From Desulfobacterales bacterium (lineage in GTDB: Bacteria; Desulfobacterota; Desulfobacteria; Desulfobacterales; UBA2174): DNA of 64,000 nucleotides. The stretch spans positions 640,001-704,000 of the forward strand of contig CAXXWC010000019.1 in NCBI GenBank assembly GCA_963668645.2, written 5' to 3'. Below the pieces are notes generated by a model that worked only from the letters and a program-made list of their open reading frames with translations, was not told the origin of the DNA and ran no database searches. Below are positions 39,556-50,514 of this stretch, piece after piece. The translations under genes were made by a program, and so were the position numbers. Each line of letters starts with the position of its first letter. The first letter of the stretch is position 1.

Positions 39556-41730
39556 ATGCTGAAGAACCTTCCCATCCGCTATCAGTTGTTGCTGCATTAT
39601 TCGATGATCTTTACCCTCACCTTGTCGCTGGGCAGCGTATTCATCTATGTCATCATTCAGCGCACCATCAAGGCCAACATCGAAAGCGAGCTGGCCCATA
39701 CTACCCAGGCCATTCACAACATGGTCAAGACCGCAGCCGATGTGTCGATCAAGAACCGCCTGCGCGCCATTGCCGAAAAGAACCTGGAGACCGCCCGCTA
39801 CTTTTACAGCCAGTACCGCAGCGGCCTGATTTCCGAACGCACGGCCAAGGATATCGTCGCCGGTCTCTTTCTCAATCAAAGCGTCGGCAACTCGGGCTAC
39901 ACCTACTGCATCGACAGCGCCGGCATCGTGCGGATCCATCCCGAAAAGGAACTGATCGACGTGTGCGTGGCCGAGCACGCCTTTGTCCAGCGGCAGATGC
40001 AGCTCAAGGAAGGATACATCAATTACCAGTGGAAAAACCCGGGTGAAACCCGATCGCGGCCCAAGACGCTGTACATGACCTATTTCCAACCGTGGGACTG
40101 GATCATTTCGGTCTCGTCCTACCGGCGGGAATTCAAGGACCTGGTCAAGGTCGACGATTTCAAAGACAGCATCCTGCGCTTCCGCTTCGGCCAGACCGGC
40201 TATTCCTTTATCGTCGACCGCAAGGGCAACACCGTGGTCCACCCCGAGTTGCAGGGGGTCAACATCCTGGCTTCGGATCTGCTTCCCGGAAAGTACTTCG
40301 ACATCATGCTGCGCCAACCCAGCGGGCAGGTCATTTACCCGTGGAAAAACCCCAAGGACAATCACAAGAGGGAAAAACTCGTCATTTTCAACACGATCCC
40401 CGAGTACGACTGGATCGTGGCCTCGTCGAGCTACCTGGACGAATTCTATCAGCCGTTGAAAACCATCGAAAAATCGATCCTGGCCATCATCCTGATCACC
40501 CTGGGCATGACCATCGCCCTGTCGTTTCATATCAGCGCATCGATTACCAACCCGTTAAAAAAGCTGATGAATCATTTCCATCACGTACGCGGATCCGACT
40601 TCAGCGTCCGCATGGAACGGGGCTCGAATGATGAAATCGGCCAGCTGGCCGAATATTTCAACGCTTTCATGGACCAGCTGGAGCGCTACAGCAAGGATTT
40701 GAAAAAGGAAATCGACAACCGCATCGCCGTCGAAAAGGAACTTCGCGAAAGTGAGGGACGCTACCGCTCGGTGATGGAGGCCGCTCCGGACCCGATCGTG
40801 GTCTACAACATGATCGGAGAAGTCATCTATTTCAACCCGGCCTTCTCACGCGTGTTCGGCTGGTCGCTGGATGAGTGCGTCGGCAGGAAGATGGACCACT
40901 TCGTGCCGGATGAAAACTGGCCCGAAACCCGCAAAATGATCCAGGCCGTGTTGTCCGAAGAGCCGTTGTCCTTTGTGGAGACCCGCCGCCTCAACAAATC
41001 CGGCCGTATCGTACCGGTGTCCATCAGCGGCGCCACCTACCGCGACCTGCACGGCCAGCCTGCCGGCAGTGTCATCATCCTGGTGGATATCACCAAAACG
41101 CACCGCTTGCGCAAGCTTGTCATGGATACCGCCGAACGCGAGCGCCAGAAATTCGGCCAGGATCTTCACGACGACCTGTGTCCCCACATGATCGGGATCC
41201 AGGGACTGTGCACCGTGCTCGCAGAAAACCTCAAAGAGGACGATTCGCCCCATGCCTCCCTGGCATCCAAAATCCTCACCACGGTGGAAATCGCCACCGA
41301 CAAGACCCGCGCCCTGGCCCGGGGCCTGTGCCCGGTCTACCTGGTATCACCCGGCCTTTATGCGGCGCTGGAAGACCTGGCGGCGCGCACCTCGAACATG
41401 TCCGGCATACCCTGCCATTTTACCACCGTCGAACCGATCGATGTGAGCGACACCACCGTGGCCACGCACCTGTACTACATCGCTCAGGAGGCGGTGCTCA
41501 ACGCCGTCAAGCACGCCGATGCCGCCCTGATCACCATCGGGCTGTGGCATGATGGGCGCACCCTGAACCTTTCCGTGGCCGACAACGGACGCGGCTTTGA
41601 AGAGAGCCGCGCCGTGAAGGGAATCGGCTTGCAAATCATTAAGTACCGTGCAAACATACTCGGCGCCACCTTGAACATCGAAAGCCTCGCAGGCACCGGT
41701 ACGACGCTGCATGTCGTGTTGGAAGAGTGA
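39556..41730 (+). CDS. Membrane sensor histidine kinase (two Cache_2-like domains, HAMP, PAS, HisKA_3, HATPase)
   Basis: Two GY..I.....HP...Y.WKNP...WI repeats between 2 TMs; DEIGQLA HAMP; ERERQKFGQDLHDDL; QEAVLNAVKH, DNGRGF. Confidence 0.92.
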   Translation: MLKNLPIRYQLLLHYSMIFTLTLSLGSVFIYVIIQRTIKANIESELAHTTQAIHNMVKTAADVSIKNRLRAIAEKNLETARYFYSQYRSGLISERTAKDIVAGLFLNQSVGNSGYTYCIDSAGIVRIHPEKELIDVCVAEHAFVQRQMQLKEGYINYQWKNPGETRSRPKTLYMTYFQPWDWIISVSSYRREFKDLVKVDDFKDSILRFRFGQTGYSFIVDRKGNTVVHPELQGVNILASDLLPGKYFDIMLRQPSGQVIYPWKNPKDNHKREKLVIFNTIPEYDWIVASSSYLDEFYQPLKTIEKSILAIILITLGMTIALSFHISASITNPLKKLMNHFHHVRGSDFSVRMERGSNDEIGQLAEYFNAFMDQLERYSKDLKKEIDNRIAVEKELRESEGRYRSVMEAAPDPIVVYNMIGEVIYFNPAFSRVFGWSLDECVGRKMDHFVPDENWPETRKMIQAVLSEEPLSFVETRRLNKSGRIVPVSISGATYRDLHGQPAGSVIILVDITKTHRLRKLVMDTAERERQKFGQDLHDDLCPHMIGIQGLCTVLAENLKEDDSPHASLASKILTTVEIATDKTRALARGLCPVYLVSPGLYAALEDLAARTSNMSGIPCHFTTVEPIDVSDTTVATHLYYIAQEAVLNAVKHADAALITIGLWHDGRTLNLSVADNGRGFEESRAVKGIGLQIIKYRANILGATLNIESLAGTGTTLHVVLEE

Positions 41731-41752
41731 ACCGAAACGGGCTGCGCAGACC

Positions 41753-42427
41753 ATGAACACGCGATCGGCCGACGATCCATACCGCATCCTGCTGGTGGAT
41801 GATCACCCCGTCTTTTGCCTGGGGATGACGGAACTGATCAACAAGCAAAAAGACCTGCAGGTCGTCCACAGCGTGGAGAGCGTCAAAGAAGCCCTCAAGG
41901 CGGTCGGGCAGCTTCAGCCGGACCTGGTGATCGCGGACATATCCCTCAAAGACAGCGACGGCATCGAGCTGGTGGATGAAATCCACCGCCGCCATCCCAG
42001 GCTGCCGGTGCTGGTGGTGTCCATGTACGACGAGGCGCTGTATGCCGAACGGGCCATTCTGGCCGGTGCGCGCGGCTACATGATGAAGCAGGGGGCCATT
42101 CACATGGTGGTCCAGGCGATCCGCCAGGTTCTTGGCGGCGACCTTTATGCCAGTGAAAAGGTCAAGGAGAAAGTCTTCCAGCGCCTGGTGGCCAAAAAGA
42201 TGTACCGCGACGAAATTTCCGCTCTGGACATGCTGACGAATCGCGAACTTGAGGTGTTCCGGCTCATCGGCAGCGGCCTTTCCACCAAGGAGATCGCGGT
42301 TCAGATGCAGCTGTCCCACAAGACCATCGGCACCTATCGGGAAAACATCCGCAAGAAGCTCGGGCTGCGCCACTATACGGAACTGGTCAAATTCGCGGTC
42401 CACTGGTCCCAGAAACTGCAGCTCTAG
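41753..42427 (+). CDS. NarL/LuxR-family response regulator
   Basis: LLVDDHP, DLVIADISL, LTNRELEVFRLIGSG HTH. Confidence 0.93.
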   Translation: MNTRSADDPYRILLVDDHPVFCLGMTELINKQKDLQVVHSVESVKEALKAVGQLQPDLVIADISLKDSDGIELVDEIHRRHPRLPVLVVSMYDEALYAERAILAGARGYMMKQGAIHMVVQAIRQVLGGDLYASEKVKEKVFQRLVAKKMYRDEISALDMLTNRELEVFRLIGSGLSTKEIAVQMQLSHKTIGTYRENIRKKLGLRHYTELVKFAVHWSQKLQL

Positions 42428-42677
42428 CCCGCCTCGAAAGTTCGCCCACCCCTCCAAGATTTGCGCCCGCTCCGGCGCGGCCGCCGGCACCCGGGCAGGC
42501 GCATAGGTTCTCGGCCTAGTCCCTTGTTGCATTAATAGATTAGCCCGAATCCGCTTTTTGGCCGATCGAATTTACTTCATCGACCGATTGATCCTTTTTT
42601 ACACCTCGCCTAAACAGTATTCAGAATATTTTTCTCGCCAACAATCTAGCCCAACTACAAGGAGAAAGGGGTCTTTT

Positions 42678-44288
42678 ATGTCCGTTGAAAGTGTGAACAG
42701 GCACCTTTTGAGCCCGGTCAACTTCCTGCAGCGCAGCGCCTTGGTCTTTCCCGAAAAGACGGCCGTCGTGAACGGGACCACGCGCTACACCTACGGGCAG
42801 ATGCAGCAGCGCGTCTTTCAGCTGGCCAACGCCCTGCGGGCCAAGGGCGTCGGCAAAGGCGACATGGTGGCCTTCATCTGCCCGAACATCCCGCCGATGC
42901 TCGAGGCCCACTACGCCGTGCCGATGATCGGGGCCGCCCTGGTCTCGATCAACATCCGGCTTTCGCCGGGTGAAATCGAGTACATCATCAACCACTCGGA
43001 CGCCAAAGCGCTTTTTGTCGACAACGAGTTTTCCCACACCGTGCAGCCGGTGCTGGAGCGCCTCGAAAAGATCGAACTGGTGGTCAATATCTGTGACGCC
43101 AGCAACGACAAACCGCTGGAGGGCCCCGACTACGAGGCGTTCATCGCGGCAGCGCCGTCCACTCCGGTAACGCTGGCCGTCGAGGACGAGTACGAGGTGG
43201 CCACCATCAACTATACCTCCGGCACCACCGGCCGGCCCAAGGGGGTCATGTACCACCACCGCGGCGCCTATCTCAACGCCATCGGCGAGCAGCTCGAATT
43301 CAACACCGACTGGCGCTCGATCTATCTGTGGACCCTGCCCATGTTCCACTGCAACGGCTGGTGTTTTACCTGGGGCATCACGGCCGTGGGTGCCACCCAT
43401 GTCTGCCTGCGCAAGGTCGTGCCCGAGGAGATCTACAAGGCCATCGCCGCCGAAGGGGTCACCCACCTGTGCGCGGCGCCGACCGTGCTGATCGGCATGT
43501 CGGCCTACGCCACCGAGCACAGCCTCAAGCTCTCCCAGCGGCTTGAGATCATGACCGCCGGCGCCCCCCCCGCGCCGACGGTGATCCAGAACATGGAAAA
43601 CGTGGGCGCCAACATCACCCAGACCTACGGTCTGACCGAGGTGTTCGGCCCGCACAGCGTCTGCCAGTGGCAGTCCCAGTGGGATCGGCTCGGCCCAGAG
43701 AAAAGAGCCCAGTACAAGGCGCGTCAGGGAGTCGCCTTCATCATCGCCGAGCACATGGACGTGGTCGATCCGGTCACCATGACACCGGTGCCGCGGGACG
43801 CGACGACGATCGGTGAGATCGTCATGCGGGGCAACAACGTGATGCTCGGCTACTACAAGGACCCGGAGGCGACGGCCACCGCCTTTGCGGGTGGATGGTT
43901 TCACAGCGGAGACCTGGCCGTGATGCATCCGGACAACTACACCCAGATCGTGGACCGCAAAAAGGACGTGATCATCAGCGGCGGCGAGAACATCTCCACG
44001 GTCGAAGTGGAAAGCGTGCTGTACAAACATCCGGACGTCATGGAGGTGGCGGTGATCCCCATCCCGGACGACAAGTGGGGCGAAGTGCCCAAGGCCTTTA
44101 TCGTGCCCCGGCCCGGCGCCCAACCCGACCCCCAGGCGATCATCGATTTTTGCAAGGCCAACCTGGCCCGCTTCAAGGCGCCCAAGGTCGTCGAGTTCGG
44201 CGAGCTGCCCAAGACGGCCACCGGCAAGATCCAAAAGTACAAGCTGCGCGAACGCGAGTGGCAGGGACGCGAACGTCGCGTCAACTGA
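42678..44288 (+). CDS. AMP-dependent acyl-CoA synthetase (short/medium-chain acid-CoA ligase)
   Basis: YTSGTTGRPKG, YGLTE, FHSGDL, DRKKDVIISGGEN, PKTATGK; RBS AAGGAG before ATG 42678. Confidence 0.93.
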   Translation: MSVESVNRHLLSPVNFLQRSALVFPEKTAVVNGTTRYTYGQMQQRVFQLANALRAKGVGKGDMVAFICPNIPPMLEAHYAVPMIGAALVSINIRLSPGEIEYIINHSDAKALFVDNEFSHTVQPVLERLEKIELVVNICDASNDKPLEGPDYEAFIAAAPSTPVTLAVEDEYEVATINYTSGTTGRPKGVMYHHRGAYLNAIGEQLEFNTDWRSIYLWTLPMFHCNGWCFTWGITAVGATHVCLRKVVPEEIYKAIAAEGVTHLCAAPTVLIGMSAYATEHSLKLSQRLEIMTAGAPPAPTVIQNMENVGANITQTYGLTEVFGPHSVCQWQSQWDRLGPEKRAQYKARQGVAFIIAEHMDVVDPVTMTPVPRDATTIGEIVMRGNNVMLGYYKDPEATATAFAGGWFHSGDLAVMHPDNYTQIVDRKKDVIISGGENISTVEVESVLYKHPDVMEVAVIPIPDDKWGEVPKAFIVPRPGAQPDPQAIIDFCKANLARFKAPKVVEFGELPKTATGKIQKYKLREREWQGRERRVN

Positions 44289-44354
44289 AATGTCGTTACC
44301 GGCATCCAACCGTGGTTGCATCGACCGTAATCCAGACATGGAAGGAGAAGCACG

Positions 44355-45707
44355 ATGGCTTTCGCACTGTACAGTCGGCAAGACGGTAAAGAGCAGCCCT
44401 ACTGGGGCGCGGGCCCCTTCAAGATCAGGCTGCCGCTGGTCCATTACCGCTGGGAATGGGTGGAGTTCGTCCAGGCGCTGATCCTTTTCGTCGTCAGTCT
44501 GGCGATGATCCCGCTGCTGGAAAAGCATCTGGGCCTGCCCTACGAAATCGCCCTGGCTTACGTCTTTATCTGCGGCATCGGCTTCATGCTGCCGGCTTTT
44601 CTCGGGGTACCCATGGTACCGGGCTGGATCACGCCGGCCATCCCGGTGGTGCTGCTGTTCGTGTCCCAATTCGAACCCGGCCCGGAGGCGATCCGTGCCC
44701 TGGTGGCGCTGCAGATCCTGGTGGCTGTGATTTTTCTCCTTCTCGGCGCAACCAAGCTGAGCAGCAAGGTGGTCAACAACGTGCCGCCGTCGATCAAGGC
44801 GGGCATCCTGCTCGGGGCCGGCGTGGCGGCCTTCATGGGCGAGCTGAAGATGGGCGGGCGCATCCCCAACACGCCCATCGCCATCGGCATCGGCACGCTG
44901 GTCTGCTTTTACATGCTGTTTTCCGTCTCATTTATCAAACTGCGGGAAAAGAACGGCCTGGCCAGGCTGCTGGGCAAGTACGGCATGGTGCCGGCCATGG
45001 TCCTGGCGATCCTTGTCGGCATGATGGTCAAGGAATACCCCCTGCCCGACATCCGTTTCGGCATCACGGTGCCGGCCTTCAAAGAGATGTGGCATTACCT
45101 GCCCTTCACGATCGGTTTCCCCAGTTTCGACATCTTCGTCAAAGCCGTGCCCACAGCCATTATCGCCTATATCATCGCCTTTGGCGACGTCATCGTGGGA
45201 ACGGTCCTGGTCAACTCGGCGGTCAGTGAAAACCGCCCCGACGAAAAAGCCGACGCGGACGTCGACCGGATTCACCTGGTCACCGGCCTGCGCAACGTGC
45301 TGCACGCCTTTTTCGCTCCCTATCCCGGTCTGGCCGGCCCGATCTGGACGGCGGTGACCGCCACGGTGGCCGACCGCTACCGCCAGGGCCGCCCCGCCAT
45401 GGACTCGATCTTCAGCGGGAGCGGAACCTTCTGGATCGCGGGCTTCATCGCCCTGTTCATCCTGCCGCTGGTCAGCTTCTTCAAACCCTTTTTGCCCATC
45501 GGGCTGTCGCTGACCATGGTCGTCACCGGCTATCTGTGCATCGTCACGGCCTTCAAACAGATCGACTCGCCGGTCCAGCTCGGGGTGGCCGGCACCATGG
45601 CGATCGTGCTGGCCACCCACGGCGCGGCCTGGGGCCTGGGGACCGGAATCGTCTTTCACATTTTTCTCGAGCGCCAGTTGTTCGCCGTCGCCGGGCAGAC
45701 CGGGTGA
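44355..45707 (+). CDS. Multi-pass permease, distant xanthine/uracil/ascorbate (NCS2/SLC23)-like
   Basis: About 12 hydrophobic segments; PGWITPAIP, YIIAFGD, GPIWTA. Confidence 0.7.
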   Translation: MAFALYSRQDGKEQPYWGAGPFKIRLPLVHYRWEWVEFVQALILFVVSLAMIPLLEKHLGLPYEIALAYVFICGIGFMLPAFLGVPMVPGWITPAIPVVLLFVSQFEPGPEAIRALVALQILVAVIFLLLGATKLSSKVVNNVPPSIKAGILLGAGVAAFMGELKMGGRIPNTPIAIGIGTLVCFYMLFSVSFIKLREKNGLARLLGKYGMVPAMVLAILVGMMVKEYPLPDIRFGITVPAFKEMWHYLPFTIGFPSFDIFVKAVPTAIIAYIIAFGDVIVGTVLVNSAVSENRPDEKADADVDRIHLVTGLRNVLHAFFAPYPGLAGPIWTAVTATVADRYRQGRPAMDSIFSGSGTFWIAGFIALFILPLVSFFKPFLPIGLSLTMVVTGYLCIVTAFKQIDSPVQLGVAGTMAIVLATHGAAWGLGTGIVFHIFLERQLFAVAGQTG

Positions 45708-45738
45708 TTTATCATCCTCGACGCGTCATCTTCGAAAG

Positions 45739-45771
45739 CGGGCGGGGGCAAGAGACCGCGGCCCCCGCCCG
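45739..45771. terminator. Hairpin between convergent genes (probable bidirectional terminator)
   Basis: CGGGCGGGGGC...GCCCCCGCCCG, perfect 11-bp stem. Confidence 0.6.
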
Positions 45772-45823
45772 ATCATCAGGATAAAATGATTCCTTGGGAT
45801 ATGGCCGGCTCTTTAACGATGCA

Positions 45824-46480
45824 TCACGCCAGGGGAATGACGTAAAAGAGGATCGCAAAAAAATGCAGGATGCTGCCCGTGAGCACAAATCCGTGCCATA
45901 TCGCGTGACCGTAGGGCAGCCTTTTCCAGGCGTAAAAGACAACGCCCAGCGTATAGGCCAACCCGCCCAGGATGATCAGCAGCAGTCCGCCTGTGCCCAT
46001 GGATGCCATCAGGGGGCGAAAGGCCGCAACGATGATCCATCCCATGGCAAGGTACAGGACCGTGCCGACGGCTTTCTTTTTCTTGGTACTCTTGACTTCC
46101 ATCACGATGCCAAAAGCCGCCAGCCCCCATGCCGCTGCAAAGAACGACCATCCCCAGGGCCCCCTGAGATTGACCAACGTAAAGGGCGTATAGGTGCCGG
46201 CAATCAGCAGGTAGATGGCCGAGTGGTCGACGATTCTCAGCACTCTTTTGGCCGGGGGGGCCTGGACACTGTGGTACAAGGTCGAGGCGGAATACAAAAG
46301 AATCATGGTGGCCGCATAGATGCTGCACCCCACCACATGCCAGCGGTCGCCATAAACGCTGGCAAACGCGGTGAGCACGCCCAATCCACTGATGGCCAGC
46401 AGGATCCCGACGCCGTGGGTGATGCTGTTGGCGATTTCCTCGCCGGCGGTGTATTTCGAAAGGTGTTTATCTGCCATCAT
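45824..46480 (-). CDS. Hemolysin III / PAQR-family membrane protein
   Basis: EEIANSITHG, STLYH, DHSAIYLLIAGTYTP, YLAMGW, HAIWHGFV. Confidence 0.93.
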   Translation of the reverse strand: MMADKHLSKYTAGEEIANSITHGVGILLAISGLGVLTAFASVYGDRWHVVGCSIYAATMILLYSASTLYHSVQAPPAKRVLRIVDHSAIYLLIAGTYTPFTLVNLRGPWGWSFFAAAWGLAAFGIVMEVKSTKKKKAVGTVLYLAMGWIIVAAFRPLMASMGTGGLLLIILGGLAYTLGVVFYAWKRLPYGHAIWHGFVLTGSILHFFAILFYVIPLA

Positions 46481-46673
46481 GCGGCATAATTCCTTGTCTT
46501 ATCAGTTCGTCGTCTGAACCTGTCCCTTCACAAGGCGTCGCCGTCCCTGATGGAAACCGGTTCGTTGTCCGGTCCATAATCGCATAGTTGAGTTTTCCCT
46601 TGGGTAAAAGAATTGTCACCGTCAACCGGGATGTTTTTCAGACATAAAACTCGGTTCCATATCCGTTGTATCG

Positions 46674-47756
46674 TCACGGTCCTTCAAATGGATTGTAGAC
46701 ACTTGTCAGGGGCCAGGGTGCCTGGCCTGCCAGGGACGGCCAGAAATTGTAGTCGACTCCCGCTTCCGTGTCTTGCCCGCACACAGCAGTCAAGGCGATC
46801 CCGTTGTGAATCAGGATCCCCCTGTGGTCCTCCACAGGGGCGTTGGTCCAGACACCTTCGCCACTTTCCTGATTGATCACGCCGCTGATTTTCCCAGAGC
46901 TGTAAAAGTATCTCCGGGCTTGGTCCGAGTCTTCATACAAATGAACGTAGAAGCTTTGCCCTTCGGCGAGAAAGATCAACTTGATAAAGGTCGCTGCCCG
47001 AAACGGGTCGATTGCGGCCAGCCACGTGCTTGGTCTCTCCGAGTCCTGCGCCAGAGTCACATAGGTCAGCAGGTCGTCCCACGGGGCGCTGTAAATGGCA
47101 TCGTCCTCCTTACAGCCGCCGCAAGGTGATGCCAGAAACTCGCTGTGAGTCATCACCGAAGCCGGCAAATCACTACAGTAGATGTAATCGGTATCGTTGA
47201 AGATTGCCAGGTGGTGCGGCTCGTTGAGGTCCTTGGTCCCCTGGGCCACGATCGGCTTGGCGTCGCTGCCGAACGTGCCCTGGTAGACCACCGCGAGCAC
47301 CAGGTCGGTGATCCCGGCCGGGATCGGATTTTCTCTGAAATCGAACACCAGTTCCATCTCCCCGCCGGCGGAGAACTGGACCACATCGAGGCTCACCGAC
47401 GTTCGATGGGAAAAGCCCTCAGCGCGCGACTCCTGCGTGGGCGGGTCGTTCAACAGATCCGGATCGTAGTCGGTGCGTTCCCGGAACAGGGCATAGGCGG
47501 TCAACGTCCCCGAATTGAGGGCCGCACTGGTGATCTTGTTTCTGATCTTGACCCTGATCCAGGTAAACTGCTGCGGCGATGCGCTGCCGTCGATGATCGA
47601 GTAGGCATAGTCCTCCGGCGGCAGAACCTCCAGCGCCTGCAAACCGAGGGTCTTTCCCGCGATCGACAGCATGATCGCGTTGCCGCAGTCGGTGGCGGCA
47701 AAGGAGAATAGCAGTGCTGAAATAGTCAAAATTTGTATGATCTTTTGCAGATGCAT
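46674..47756 (-). CDS. Secreted Rhs-associated hypothetical protein X' (paralogue of 53171..54268)
   Basis: Signal peptide; 47176-47696 is nearly identical to 53673-54193; the C-half is diverged but alignable; RBS GGAG before ATG 47756. Confidence 0.8.
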   Translation of the reverse strand: MHLQKIIQILTISALLFSFAATDCGNAIMLSIAGKTLGLQALEVLPPEDYAYSIIDGSASPQQFTWIRVKIRNKITSAALNSGTLTAYALFRERTDYDPDLLNDPPTQESRAEGFSHRTSVSLDVVQFSAGGEMELVFDFRENPIPAGITDLVLAVVYQGTFGSDAKPIVAQGTKDLNEPHHLAIFNDTDYIYCSDLPASVMTHSEFLASPCGGCKEDDAIYSAPWDDLLTYVTLAQDSERPSTWLAAIDPFRAATFIKLIFLAEGQSFYVHLYEDSDQARRYFYSSGKISGVINQESGEGVWTNAPVEDHRGILIHNGIALTAVCGQDTEAGVDYNFWPSLAGQAPWPLTSVYNPFEGP

Positions 47757-48064
47757 AGTTTCTCCATTAAAAAGCATTAGATTTGCCTACGGGTTAAGGG
47801 CTCTTGAATTCTTTAAACACAACATCATGGCGTTTCACCTTGTTAGATGAACCTAAAATATGTCAGGGAACATCCGTTGAATCATATGAATGGATAATAC
47901 GGATCGAAAAAACGAGCTGCAATCGAAAACATCGAACAATTCGAATGCTGGACGAAACATACTGAGATAGTCGGCCAGATAGTCATAAAGTGAAAGCGTC
48001 TAAATTTCGCACAGAGGCGGTTCTTTTTCTCTTGACGAATTCCTAATGGTAGCGCCCCCTATTT

Positions 48065-48469
48065 TTAATATAGCCCATTCACAGACCGCTCTAAACGCAT
48101 TTTTAATTTATCTATTGCATGTTTAAATTCTTCGTTCGGGCCATGATTATAAAGAATTTTACCGTTCTCAAGAACGAAAGTTGCATATTTTTTTATTGAA
48201 ACGGTTTTGATCAGATGAAAGCCATACTTTTTTGCTCCACCGCTTCTGCACATATAAAATTCAATAGTGTTCGCATCGAAATCTATAATAATTTTGTACG
48301 CTACTTTTCGGAGGAACCTGTCAACAATAAGCCCCATCACACTTAATACGGCGACAATATGAAATAGTCTTTTGATATGTTCAAAATTTTCTTGATGGGC
48401 GATCGCCACCATAACCATTAGCAAAAAAGAAAAAATTAGTGTTTTACCTAAATTATTGGTCACACACAT
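48065..48469 (-). CDS. Small AT-rich membrane protein, putative orphan immunity protein
   Basis: Two N-terminal TM segments, low GC, located within the Rhs cassette array. Confidence 0.6.
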   Translation of the reverse strand: MCVTNNLGKTLIFSFLLMVMVAIAHQENFEHIKRLFHIVAVLSVMGLIVDRFLRKVAYKIIIDFDANTIEFYMCRSGGAKKYGFHLIKTVSIKKYATFVLENGKILYNHGPNEEFKHAIDKLKMRLERSVNGLY

Positions 48470-48550
48470 ATATATTGCCGGTTGACTATATAATATTAGG
48501 TATCATTTTCTTTCGTGCCGATCATCATGGCATTGCAGAGGCTCCCATTC

Positions 48551-50514
48551 CTTGGGTTTGGGAAACGTAGGAACACAGAATTGGCGCAAACCCTTATCTG
48601 GTGCGCATCTATGACGATGAATGAAATTCAGCGTGTGTCTACATTTTTCGCCCCTTTTTAGGGCCGATTTTCCAGTGAAAGGACCTGCTGCGGAGATTTG
48701 ATTTTAAGCGCTTTCAGTATGTTGGCAGTTTTCACGGGGATCTCGTTGCGCATAAGCACACGGTAATTTAAATTGAAAAGTTTTGTGACTTGCAGCTTGT
48801 CCAGCGACCGGCGAATTCGGTGCCAGGGCAGGCCGCATTCGAGTTCGGCCACCCGCTCGATCATCAGCGCCAGCACACAGATCTTCACATGGGCCTCAAT
48901 GCGCCGCGAGGCCCAGTGGTACATCGGCATCATCTTGATCTGGGTGCGTTTGAGCGAGCGAAAGCAGCGCTCAATGACCATCAGCCCTTTGTATCCGCAG
49001 GCGGCGTCTTCGAGGCTGATGGTATCGTCGTTGGTTTCCACCACCCATTTGCCATCGTACTTGGCCGCCGCCTTGATGGCCGCCCGGTCGATTCGGACCT
49101 GGTTGCCCTTGGTGATGCGCAGATACCGCTTGAAACGCGCCGAGGCCAACAGCTCGATCGCCCACTGGGCCGTGGCCGATGGGTCCGGGTGCCGATCGAG
49201 TTCGGTTTCGAGCATCTGAACGATCGTTTCACGGTGTAGCCGCTGGCGTTTGGCTTCCTTGGGGTTGTAGCACAGGATGTAGCGCTTGCGCCTTTCGCCG
49301 TCGCCAACGATGACTTCTTTTGCGTGCAGGTTGTCTCGGATGACAGTGTAGCGGCCGCGTTTGCTCAGCACATCGCGTTTGATTTCGGCCACGCTGGCCA
49401 TCCGGCAGGCCAGAAGGTACTTGCCGCAAGCCCGGGCCAGTTCTTCGCGGTTGGTCTGCGAATTCATGCCCGCGTCGGCGACAAACAGGGCGCGACCCAG
49501 GTTCCAGCCCCGCAGGTCGGTGCGGATCTTTTCGACGGTGGCCACATCGGCCGTGTTGCCCGGCAGCACCCAACTGCGCACCGGGATGCCTTCGCGAGTC
49601 ACGGCCAGGGCCACGACGACTTGGGGTGACCAGGTACCTTCCTTGTTGCGGCCGAACTTGCGCATTGTGGCGTTGGCGTGCCGGTCGCCGTCATCTTCCC
49701 GGTCGACATGGAACGAGGCCGTGGTGGTGTCGTAGAAGATCAGATCCACGGTGAGGTTGAACAGGTTGGCGGTATGGAAAAAGACGCTTTTTTCGATCTC
49801 GGCGGCATGTTCGTGGAGCAGATCCATGGCCTCGTACATGTGATCGAGCTTCAGCCCGTCGCATGACGGCAGGTAAACCGTGGACAGCCAGCGATCCCAG
49901 ACGCCCAGCTTGGATTCGGGCTCACAGAGCCGGTTGGCGGTCATGGCCAACAGGGCCCGTTCGTAGTTGATGCGAACCCCTTTGGACTTGACGATGTTGG
50001 CCAGGGTCTTTCGAAGCCCCAACCGTTCCCAGAGGGTTTCGATAACCAGCGGGCAGCCGAAAGCGAGAGTTTCTTGAATTTTGAGGCTGTCAGCCAGTGC
50101 CGAGACCGCTTGGTCGTTTTCGAGCGGATCGGTGACGGTCAGGCCGCAGACCCGTGCAATGGATCGGCACAGGCGCACGAGCTGAGCGCGATCGAGTTGA
50201 TCGGTGCGCCCGAAGTTGTGGATGATTTTGGCGACCGGTTTACGGGTTTTGGGATCGCGCTCGTTGTGGGCGAGTTGGAAGTATTCGACCGTTGAGCCGT
50301 CCTTATTGGTGCGCTTTGTGGTTCGTAGGTACATGCTTACCCACATAGCGTTTGAAATATTTTATGTCAAGGCCTAAACCGCGAATTCGTGTGCCTACAG
50401 CATTTGAGCTTAAAAAACGGCTCAATTTTTTGTAACTAATTGTTTTTATAAGGTGCGAATTCGTGGAGAGCCGAATTTCGGAGGTGTTTTTTGCCTACAA
50501 ATCCCAAACCCAAG
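48551..50514 (-). mobile_element. IS1634-family insertion sequence, copy 2 (1964 bp)
   Basis: Same TIRs and length as copy 1 (offset 42245); 5-bp TSD CATTC at 48546-48550 and 50515-50519. Confidence 0.95.
48658..50346 (-). CDS. IS1634-family DDE transposase
   Basis: Protein identical to 6413..8101. Confidence 0.93.
   Translation of the reverse strand: MWVSMYLRTTKRTNKDGSTVEYFQLAHNERDPKTRKPVAKIIHNFGRTDQLDRAQLVRLCRSIARVCGLTVTDPLENDQAVSALADSLKIQETLAFGCPLVIETLWERLGLRKTLANIVKSKGVRINYERALLAMTANRLCEPESKLGVWDRWLSTVYLPSCDGLKLDHMYEAMDLLHEHAAEIEKSVFFHTANLFNLTVDLIFYDTTTASFHVDREDDGDRHANATMRKFGRNKEGTWSPQVVVALAVTREGIPVRSWVLPGNTADVATVEKIRTDLRGWNLGRALFVADAGMNSQTNREELARACGKYLLACRMASVAEIKRDVLSKRGRYTVIRDNLHAKEVIVGDGERRKRYILCYNPKEAKRQRLHRETIVQMLETELDRHPDPSATAQWAIELLASARFKRYLRITKGNQVRIDRAAIKAAAKYDGKWVVETNDDTISLEDAACGYKGLMVIERCFRSLKRTQIKMMPMYHWASRRIEAHVKICVLALMIERVAELECGLPWHRIRRSLDKLQVTKLFNLNYRVLMRNEIPVKTANILKALKIKSPQQVLSLENRP

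Noticed and set aside
42621..44669. 682-aa minus-strand ORF (likewise 36868..38412, 33052..34383, 39358..40530)
   Set aside because: Antisense shadows of well-supported genes on the opposite strand
6306..50514. Composite transposon formed by the two IS1634 copies
   Set aside because: Each copy has its own TSD on both sides, so they inserted independently
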